64,000 nt of DNA, taken from positions 156,123,741 through 156,187,740 of the forward strand of contig CM041465.1 in NCBI GenBank assembly GCA_023213395.1, written 5' to 3'. A model generated the notes under the pieces. That model was not told the origin of the DNA, searched no databases, and worked only from the letters and a program-made list of their open reading frames with translations. The DNA comes from Cycas panzhihuaensis (Eukaryota; Plantae; Cycadophyta). Numbering within the stretch: the stretch's first letter is position 1; each line of letters opens with the position of its first letter. Shown here one piece after another: positions 26,802 through 37,046 of the stretch. The position numbers were made by a program, and so were the translations under genes.

Positions 26802-29800
26802 ATGGTCCCAAGAGAAAAAGCTAAGGAGAGCAAGGAGATTAAGTGCGGACAAAAAAGAGGACCAAAGTGAATCAGTGGAGGGATCTAAGGCAAGTGGAGC
26901 CCAAACCCCATGCGATATAGAAAACAGAGGCCAAGGGAAGCCTATGACAATCACACCTACTCCAGAGAAATATCACAACAAAGGGAAGGATATCGAGAAG
27001 GAGGAGAAAGAAACAAACAACCTTGAGACGGAGTTAAGTTTGGACTCTACTCCGAAGGACCTAACTGGCAATGAGGAAAGGGCAGAGGAAGGTCCCCAAT
27101 CACGTTGGGAGAATTAGTTGATCAGACAACTTTTAGAAGATCCACCAAAGGGAACTGAGGATCAATCATACCTAATAAGAACTCCAATGTGGTGGAGATA
27201 CCAGGAGTACCAGGGGTGATTCAACTAAAGTCACCTATACACAATCCCTTATTCCGGAAAGGGAATACTAGGGAAGAAACACAACTAAGGAGATCCTACA
27301 AAAAGTTTTCAAAAGGAAAGGCAACAACTCCACCTCAAAGGGAGGAGGGGAGAATAATTCTACAATGGCACACCATAGGGAGTTTAGTAAACTCATTTTT
27401 AATGACTCTACTGATGCTACAGAACATATTTACCTATTCCAAAGGTTAATCAATCTAGAAAAAATCACGGATGAGGTTGAAATCAAGGAGAGATTCACAT
27501 ACTCATTGAGAGGTGCACCATTAGCATGGTATAAACAGTTAGACCCACGCAAAACCTAGGATGAAATTTAAAAAGAGTTTGAAGCAAGGTTTCTGAAGTA
27601 CCGAAACAATGACATCATAGAACTAACCCTAAGGGATATACAACAGAAGCCAGGGGAGTCCGTAATGACGTACATTAGCAAAATAGATATCATTGTTCCT
27701 GCCATGACAAATAATACGAAGATCACGGACTTAAGTATGCATACCTTCTTTGTGAATGGGTGGAATACCAAGTTAAGGAATGCAATGACATCACATCCCT
27801 TAAAATTATACAAGCATGCACAAGAATTGGCCCTAGACTTTGAGAAAGAGATAGACACCAAAAGGATAGCCTATGACCCCTTGGTCATGAAGTTGCAAGA
27901 AGAAATAAACAAGTTGAAAAGGCAAAACCTTAATAGACCCTTGTTCCAAATGGCCAAGGTAGAGGAGAATACAGAGATAAAAGCCCTTAGGAAGGAAGTG
28001 GCTAGGTTGAAACTACAACATCGAGATAACTCCGAAGAAGATTCTAGCAAACATCAAGGTAAAGAACCCTTGATGGAGAAATGGTGCCGCATTTGTGAGG
28101 AAGATGCTCACACCACAAAGGAATGCGAGTGTAATGCGTGGAACCATAAACATAACACTTGGTGCCATATTTGCAACCAAGGAAGACACAATACTTAGGA
28201 ATGTTACTTCAACACCAGAGGCACAAATGCCCGAGGAAAAGGCCGTGGAAAAAACAACCTGAATACTTGAACCGTATATACGACAAGGACACAACCAGAA
28301 AACCCAAGGAAGAAACCTCCGTTGGGAAGATGTTTGTCTAGAGTACGAGCACTGGAAGTCTGATTGCCCAGTAGTGAAAATCCAAAAGGAATGTCCATGC
28401 CTATGCAAAAATTATGGTCCAAGCACTCATACCACCAAGGAGTGCAAAGGCAAGGGCAAGGCCCTAAATGGAGTAACAATCATACTGGGATCCCTTAAAA
28501 ATGTCAACCTACAAAACCAGAAGAATGAGGTAGAGAAGGACTACCCTAACCCAAAGGTGGAAATTGACCGTTTTGCTACCGCCAAGAAAGCACTGGAAGA
28601 AGCCACATAGGAAGTAGTAATCAAATCACTACCTATAGGAAAACCAGAAATAAAACAAGTGTATTGGAGGAAGAATAAGAAAGTGGAAGAGCAAGCATTA
28701 CCCAAGAACTTAGGAGAGACCCCCAAGACAAAGGAATTCTTACAAAAGCTGATATTCATGGAAGACCTAGTTAACCAATTGAACTTAACCATTCCGTTGG
28801 GGAGAGTTATTGAATGGATAAAAGGAGGAAAGATTCATCCAAAAGAAGCCTCTCAAAGCCTACACAAGATCAAACCATCTTGTGACCTAGACCCATCAGT
28901 GGATCTAAGCATTCTAGGGGTAAACCTAAAGAATGTTATTGTAGACAGAGGAGCAACCGTGAATGTATTACCAACTCAAACATGGAAAAAGTTGGGAAAC
29001 CTGCGATTAGCGCCTACAAATTACTCATTGAAGTTGGCTAATGAATTGCTAGTCAAACTAGTGATGCGATTGGAGAATATCCAAGTCAATGTAGCCAGTA
29101 TTATCATCCCCATAGACTTCACAATCGTGGATACCGTTAAAGATATGGTCACCTACCCGGCATTGCTGGGGAGACCATGGTTATACCAAATGGAATGCTT
29201 GCAAAGCTAGAGAGATGTAACCTTCACACTTACTGATGGAGGAAATGAGGTCGTCCTCCCCATGCTGGCAAAGAGCAGGTGCACAATGGAGGTGATTTTG
29301 GACAATGCATCCAACACAATAGTCACCACACAAGAAACTTCCTCAACCTTCGACGAAGCTAATTTATACCATGCGACGGAAGAAATCGCACACATGAATG
29401 ATGCTCAGGAGTTCGAGCCTAACGTTTATAGGGAATTACCATCAGAAGCATCATCCGACAGGGAATGAACCAACAATATGATCAGATATTGGATGGATAA
29501 TTCATATGAGAGACAATCCTCTTCATTCTGTTGTAATTTGTTATCTAAATATTTTTCAATTGATAATAAATTAAATAACAATTTGAATTATACGTGTGTC
29601 AAGGATCCTAATGAATGATTAGATAGTCACTTAATAAAAGTTGATTTCCAATTAAGAAATAAGGTGCATGTAAATTTATTAACTCCCAAGACCCCTTTCC
29701 CATCTTATCCCCATCCCTAACCCCTCATCCCCACTTCCCTTCTCCAGAGCCGATTCAGGAGATCTAGCCAATCTCCTCCTCGACTCTGAAGAAACCCTTC

Positions 29801-32800
29801 CAAGCCCCTCTACCAAAAACCAAGAAGTTGAGGTAGAAAACCCCATTCCTACCCAAAATTCCCCCCTAAACTCCCCAAAATCCCTTTCTGTGAACCCTCC
29901 TACTGAAATCGAAATGGAGGATAATATCTGGAGGTTAACAGAAAACACCCACCTCACTAGACTCATACCAAAAGACATAACCAAAAACCAAGAACAACTG
30001 CCTTTATTTTTAGAGAAGAAAATGGAAGGAACAAAATATTTAATCCAATGCATGACTTCATAACCACCCTCCATGATCATGCACAGTGGTGGTACATAGC
30101 CCACCATGATATCCTCCAAACCTAGGGAAGTTTGCAATCAACTTTCATACTTAGGTTCGACCCACCCCAAAACTTATTAATTGTAGGATTTTTGGTAGAA
30201 GAATGCCCTAGCAAGCATCTCCTTAGGTGCAGACAGTTGTGGATGCATTGGAGCATTCCTAAGCTACATTGGAGCCACCTTTTTATCCATACATTGGGAA
30301 CTTTAGCAAAAACATGGTTCTTAAAGCAAGAACAAGTCCAACTAGTAGCATGGGAAGAGATAGAGCATTCGTTCACCAAAGCCTTTTTATACTCTTCCAA
30401 TAACCAGGTAATCCACAAAGTACTAAAAAATATAAGGGATATAAGTAGGGAAGTAGAAAAAAATTTAGTGTCATTGAAAGCATTAAAGATACAGAATACG
30501 ACAATGAAGAGAGGGGGGAGAGAGAAGAGGCCTAGAACCTACCTCCAGAATACACGGAATTAAAATATGGGCAACGAAATATAGAGGACACACCTGCCCA
30601 CCAAATGGGAAAACAAATACAACACGCAAAACCCAAAACAACCCAAATAAACCTTGGGACAAAGACAAACCCCACAAACATTACTATCGGTAATTACTAG
30701 GACAAGAAAATAGTGGTAGAAGCTCAAGCACTATTCGAGGAGTATCGAGATGTTTTCGCCTGGTCTTACAAGGACCTCAAGGGAATTCCACCCGAAATTG
30801 GTATGCACCATATCAATCTGATTGAGGGGGCAAAACCAGTGAAAGAGAGGCCTTACAGAATGAATCCATAGTACAAGGAGAAAGTGAAAGCAGAGATAGA
30901 CAAGATGTTAAAAGTAGAATATATATATGAGATTGAATATAGTGACCGGGTAAGCCCCGTCGTGGTCATACCCAAGAAAAATGGGAAAACCTGAGTGTAC
31001 GTAGATTACCGATAACTCAACAAAGTCACCAAGAAGGACCCCTTCCCAATTCCCTTCACAGAAAATATTCTAGAGATTGTAGGGGGGAAGGGAGTTTATT
31101 CCTTCACAGGCAGATTCAATGGGTATAATCAGGTAAGCATGCACCTGAGGACCAACACAAGACTACCTTCATAATAGAATGGGGGACCTACGCATATCAA
31201 GTTATGCTGTTTGTACTTACGAATGCCTCGGCAACTTTCCAAAGGATCGTACTCAATATGTTCAGGAAACTGATCGGGGAAACAGTTGTTGTATTTCTAG
31301 ACGATTGGACTCTATATGATATAATGAAGAACCACACAGAAATTTGAAGGCAATGTTGCGGACTTGTAGGGAAAATAGGTTATGCCTAAATTCGGAGAAA
31401 TGCACCTTCTTGGTACCATTTGGCAACCTTCTGGGTCATGTCATGAATAAAGATGGATTAATGATAGATCCGACAAAGGTAGAAACCATCCTACATTTCC
31501 CCCAACCTCAAAACCAGAGGCAAGTGAAAGGATTCTAAGGATTAACCAGATATTGTTGTAAGTTCATAAAAGGATATGCCCAGGTAGTAGGACCATTAGA
31601 AGATCTCCTGAAAAAGGAAATAGACTAGCAATGGGGGCCATACCAATAGAGAGCATTCGATACCTTAAAACGTGCAATAGCATAAGCTCCCGTGTTACGT
31701 TTTCCTAATTGAAATAAAATATTCCATGCACATGTCGACGCCTCCCAATATGTGATTGGATGTGTCTTGGCGCAACTCGATGACAATAACATGGACCGAC
31801 CTATATACTTTGCCAATCGAAAATTGACCAAAGCAGAACAAAATTACATGACAATACAGAGGGAAGGGCTCAGAATGGTGTATGCCCTACAAAAGTTTAG
31901 CCATTATTTATTAGTAAATCCCTTTATATTCTACATAAATCATCAGGCACTCATGTCTGGTTAATAAACCATTGTTAAGAGGACGTTCCAAGAGTTCACT
32001 TTCCGAATCATAGTAAAACCAGGAAAAGCACATATTATTACTGATCAACTCTTGAGAATCCATAATGGAGAAAAGGCTGTAGGAGTTTCAAACAACTTCC
32101 CAGATGCAGCACTCTTCAGTGTTGAATCAATCCCTATAGAATGGTACCAAGCCATAATCAAATTCTTAGTCAGAGGGCAATGCTCGCCAGCCATGGATAA
32201 GACCCAAAAACAGAACTTAGGAAGAAAAGAAGAGCCCTACCAACTAATCAGAGGAGAATTATACCAATTGGGGCCAAATGATGTGTTGCGCCGATGCATT
32301 CGTCCCCACGAAGTGAACCAAGTGATATCCCAGGCTCATGAAAGGGTTGTAAGGGGACATGTAGGGTCAAAAAACATGCAGAGGAAAATCTTAACAGCCA
32401 GATTCTGGTGGCCAACCTTGTTCAAAGATGTAAAGGATTGGGCGAAAAAATGCAACCATTACCAAAGGGTAGGGAAACCTAATCGACAAGATTTCAATCC
32501 CTTAACCCGAATCCTTCCCTTTGTACCCTTTGAGAAATGGGGTCTAGATTTTATCAGTCCTATCAAACCAACAGCGAGAAGAATGCAAGGCTACTATATT
32601 TTGGTAGCCATGGATTATACCATAAAATGAGTGGAAGCCAAGCCATTACGAAAGGCAGATGCAATCAGTACTGCTAGATTTCTCTACGAGCTCATCATCA
32701 CTAGATTCAGATGTCCTATTGAGTTGATCAGTGATCAAGGAGCCCACTTTATCAATGGGGTGATCAAAGAATTAATGGAAACATTCCTAATCACTCATCA

Positions 32801-33011
32801 TAAATCCACACCGTACTACCCTCATGTGAATGGGAAAGCAGAAAGCTCTAATAAGATCCTGGAGAATTGTTTACGGGAGGTGTGCAATATTGGTAGATCC
32901 GATTGGGCAGAGAAACTACCTTTTGTCCTATGGCCATCTGCACCACATACAAACAAGTCACGAGACACACTCTATTTAAGTTAGTGTATGGGATGGAAGC
33001 CATACTCCCCA
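26802..33011 (+). pseudogene. Gypsy C gag-pol (gag, zinc knuckles, protease, RT, RNase H, integrase core)
   Basis: FTYSLRGAPLAWY capsid; IVDRGATVNVL protease; VFLDD RT; HVDASQY RNase H; FEKWGLDF and ISDQGAHF integrase. Confidence 0.92.
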
Positions 33012-33332
33012 TGTAATGAACCGTTACACCAAAACCCCGAGGTGTTAGTGAAGAGGGCCCCCCACCAAGTAGACCATTACCTCCCCCCCGGTTCAAATGG
33101 GCTAGCCCCGCCTAGCCCCGCTTTCACCGGCGTTCATGCGCCCCACAGGCCCCGGCTACGACGGCATTTTGCGCATCGGCGACGATTGGCGCGTCACCCC
33201 ACCGCCCCCATAAGCGGTGTTGCCCCCACGGGATTTGAACCCGGGTCTTGGCTCTGATAGCACTTGTAATGAACCGTTACACCAAAACCCCGAGGTGTTA
33301 GTGAAGAGGGCCCCCCACCAAGTAGACCATTA
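33012..33332 (-). mobile_element. TRIM (terminal-repeat retrotransposon in miniature), about 321 bp
   Basis: Identical 68-bp repeats at 33012-33079 and 33265-33332; PBS-like GCTCTGATAGCA at 33251-33262; PPT-like CCTCCCCCCC at 33080-33089; GC-rich non-coding interior. Confidence 0.85.
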
Positions 33333-35771
33333 TCCTTACCGGATTTTACTCAACCATTCACATTGGAATGTGATGCTTCGGGTTTTGGAATAGGAGCAAT
33401 TACATTACGTGAGGAAGGCCAATAGCTTAAGAAAGCCGGAAGCTGAATAATAGGGAAAAAACAAAACCAATATATGACAAGGAGATGCTGGCCATTATGC
33501 ATGCAATACACCAATGGAGGCAGTATTTACTAAGGAGTAAATTTGTGGTTAGAACTGATCATGACAGCCTGAAGTACTTTCTGAATCAAAAGGTATTATC
33601 TGATGAGCAACAAAAATGGGTCAGTAAGTTGCAGACTTTTGACTTCACCATAGAATACAAAAAAGGGAAAGAAAATGTAATAGCCGATGCTCTATCTAGA
33701 CTACCGGAGGAAGGAAAGATTGAAGCCTCAGCCAATTCAATGACAATAGCAACTCCAAAATGGGCAATAGAGCTGGCAAAGGAATATGAAGACGACAAGA
33801 TATCACAAGGAATAAGGCAAAAGATCAGAGAAGGAAAAGCAGGGCAATTTACGGAACAAGGAGAATTAATTCTAAGGAAAGGAAAAGTATTTGTTCCAAA
33901 GACAAGTAAACTAAAAGAAGCACTGATTCCAGAAGCTCACTCAACTTCGGTTTCGTGGACATTCGTGGATGGATAAGACTTATAGAAGGCTTCAAGCTCA
34001 TTTCTTGGAAAGGGTTGAAATCGACGTCCTCCAATTTGTATCGAATGTGATACATGTCAAAGGAATAAAACCGAACTGTGAAGACCCCCGGGTTGCTACA
34101 ATCCTTCCCATTCCCCATCAAAATGGGAAGGAATCTCTATGGATTTTATTACGTGTCTTCTGCGTTCGTAAGGAAGAGACGCAATTTTGTAGTGGTAGAC
34201 AGTTAACTAAATACGCCCATTTCGGGGAACTCACACAGAGCAAAAGCAAGCCAAATAGCGTAATTATATATGAAAGAAATTCACAGACTACATGGCTTTC
34301 CAAAGGTTATAATCGTGACGGGGATCCCAAATTCACAAGTCACTTTTGGAAGGAGCTGCTCAAATCGATCGGCACTAGCTTACATATGAGCACAAGATAC
34401 CACCCGCATGATGGCCGACGGAAATAGTTAACAAATGTGTGGAGGGATACTTAAGAAACTTCGCATCAGATAAACAGACACAATGGCATCGATGGCTCCA
34501 TTTGGCAGAATGGTGGTATAACACCACATACCATGCAACAGCTAAAATGTCACCATTTCAAGCACTATATGGGTATGAACCTCCATCACTCTTGAATTGG
34601 CTAAATACATCTAAAGTGTAGACAGTCCAAGAAAACTTGCAACAGATGCAAGAAACAATTCGAATATTAAAGAATAATTTGGAGATGGCAAAAAATAGGA
34701 TGAAGCAACAAGCAAATAGAAAGAGATCTGAACGGAGTTTTGAGATAGGAGAATGCGTATTCTTAAGACTCCAACCCTATAAACAGATGTCGATGAAACA
34801 AAATAATCGACATAAATTATCACCAAGATTCTTTGGACCATATCAGATTGAGGAACGCATAGGGAAAGTGGCATATCAGTTAAAACTGCCACCAGAAAGC
34901 AAAATCCATAATATCTTCCATGTATCTTGCTTGAAGAAAAAGTTGGGTGAAAAGGAAGCTCCACAAACAAATTTACCAACACTTGATGAAGAAGGAATGA
35001 TCGTAGTGGAACCTGAGGGGATATTGAAGACCAGGGACAAGAATTTACGATCTAGGATAATAAAAGAGTATCTCATCAAATGAAAGACATTGGAGCTTGA
35101 AGATGCAACGTGGGAATCTAAAGAATGGATGCAGAAAAATGGGCCCTTACCAATGCTTTGAGGGCAAAGCATGTTTTGAAGGGGAGGGATTTGTAACATT
35201 CCAAAATCTAGTTAAAACTATGCCATGTAACCATTCAAATTGAAGGCCTCTGAACAAGGATTCCAACGGTTCAGACGAAAGTCAAATCCGACATCTCAAT
35301 CAAAAGTTATGGCCATTTCAAGTTAGCCTGCCAGTTTTTGGAGAAGTTCTGGCCGACTTCTATTTGAGCAGTTTTAAGAAGAATATTACCCACCGCCGAC
35401 TTCTATTACTTTCGTTTGGCTGCCTATTTAAGGAGGATTTGCGGCCTCATTTCAACATCGTCGGAGGTTCTTTTGTCGCACATTTTCGGTTCTAGGGCTG
35501 CAATTAGCTCGCCCATTTGGGGGCTGCAGTTTGGAGGGTTCCTCGCCTCGAAGAGGGAAGCTCACGTCTTCAGGAAAGACAGGTACTTTGTTGAACTTTT
35601 GCTTTATTTTGGTATCATTTGACAATAAAGACTATTATTTATCTCCGTGGATTCTGTAATTCCTGTTCATTGTTCATTTTTCTTATTGAATAGCATCTAG
35701 TTATTGTTTTTGTGGATTATTACTTGTATTTTTGAGGAAACTTGCTATAAAAGTAAAACTAGATCGCTACA
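33333..35771 (+). mobile_element. Gypsy D: 5'-truncated chromovirus (RNase H, integrase, chromodomain, PPT, 3' LTR 35192-35771)
   Basis: LPDFTQPFTLECDASG; VRTDHDSLKY; AEWWYNT; LSPRFFGPY; EYLIK*..EDATWE chromodomain; PPT GAAGGGGAGGGA; LTR TGTAAC...GCTACA. Confidence 0.92.
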
Positions 35772-35906
35772 CCCCATCGAGTTCCAAATACCCAGTTTGA
35801 GGATTGCCTTAGCTTGTCATTGGACGACACTCAATCTACACCCCATCGAGTTCCAAATACCCAGTTTGAGGATTGCCTTAGCTTGTCATTGGACGACACT
35901 CAATCT
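35767..35906 (+). repeat. Perfect 69-bp tandem duplication spanning the D LTR end and C integrase
   Basis: CTACACCCCATCGAG...CACTCAAT repeated at 35767 and 35836. Confidence 0.95.
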
Positions 35907-36091
35907 TTACGAGAACACCTATGGCAATTGATTCAACTTAACGAGGATAGACAAAAATCAGAATGGGTATAGGAGATCAAGAAAACAAGATAGAAGGCAT
36001 GGCACAACCGCCACCTCAAATGCCCTCAACTCGAGCAAGGAGAACAAGTCCTACTGTACGATAGCAAATTCTGCACTCGTCTCAAAAAATT

Positions 36092-36522
36092 TGTTAGATT
36101 ATATAATATAAGCTTATGTTTCTTAATGTTATTATTTAAGTCACATGTCTTAAAAATTATTTAAATGATTGTAAAGTTGTAAACTTATATTAAATATTAA
36201 TTGATTTGTGGATGGTCATTGAAATGTGGAACCGCATTCCAACGAACCTCCGTCCTATTTATTAATCTCCTAGATTCATGGAATTGGTTCCAGGAATCTA
36301 GGAGGTCTGTCCATATGCCTGAAACAAGGCTATTTTAAGGGGTTATTTTTTGTATAGTGGTTTTCATTTATTTATTAATAACAACTTAGATTAGGAGGTG
36401 GTTTTTCTTCCCCAGAAGGGGTTTTCCACCTGTCAACCCTGTGTACATGTGCATTGTCTCTCTCTTGTGTTTCTCTTTTGTTCCTGTAATATTTTGACTG
36501 TGTACATGTGCCTATTCTATCA
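36092..36522 (+). repeat. 5' LTR of copia E
   Basis: Direct repeat of 43387-43817. Confidence 0.97.
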
Positions 36523-36527
36523 TGGTA

Positions 36528-37046
36528 TCAGAGCAAGGTTTTTAAAACTGTTTTCTTATCATCCTCCTCCATAAGGAAGCAGCCTGGAGGAATACTTTTG
36601 GCTTCCTCGTCCCTAATTCTTTGATCAGCTGCTTGTGCAAACTCAATTTTTCTTCTTATCAAGTATGCGGGAACTTTTCCAAAATTTTCTTTCTGCTTTT
36701 GAGGATCCGGTGATTTGAGCTTAGAATTGGAAATACATCGTGGTGCCATTGATGCATCCAAAGAATTCTTTGCGATGAAGTCAGTACTGTTGCCTTTAAA
36801 CCTGTCCCCAGATGGGTACTGATATTTTTTGCTCATGGAACGCCTAATAGGTGGTGGCAAAGAAGATTCTCTACGGCTTGAATCCTGTTTTCTAGCGTGG
36901 TTCTTTGCGCTTGTTTCTGCAATGGCCAATTTATTATGCTTGGCATGATTCCGAGGCATTATTCCTCTCCCTTGTATCACTTCCCTTATCACCTTTGGTG
37001 GATTGAGCACTTCATTAATTTGGGAACTGTCAATATGCATTGGCAA
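36528..37046 (-). CDS. ENKD1: Captured, C-terminally truncated Enkurin-domain protein (ENKD1-like ciliary/flagellar protein), antisense within copia E; frame stays open upstream to 37103
   Basis: NFGKVPAYLIRRK...EEAKSIPPGCFLMEEDDKKTVLKTLL matches the Enkurin-domain entry motif (G.VP.YL..R...PPG...M.E..R...L..L); upstream PRNHAKHN..AI and DFIAKN motifs resemble ENKD1; recognised from memory, not by search. Confidence 0.8.
   Translation of the reverse strand: MPMHIDSSQINEVLNPPKVIREVIQGRGIMPRNHAKHNKLAIAETSAKNHARKQDSSRRESSLPPPIRRSMSKKYQYPSGDRFKGNSTDFIAKNSLDASMAPRCISNSKLKSPDPQKQKENFGKVPAYLIRRKIEFAQAADQRIRDEEAKSIPPGCFLMEEDDKKTVLKTLL

Noticed and set aside
32988-33257. 89-aa Pro/Arg-rich ORF
   Set aside because: Chance reading frame through the GC-rich TRIM, crossing an insertion junction
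33012-33332. Cassandra element, tRNA gene or CRISPR-like repeat-spacer
   Set aside because: No 5S rRNA boxes in the repeats, no cloverleaf beyond a T-arm motif, only two repeats and no cas genes
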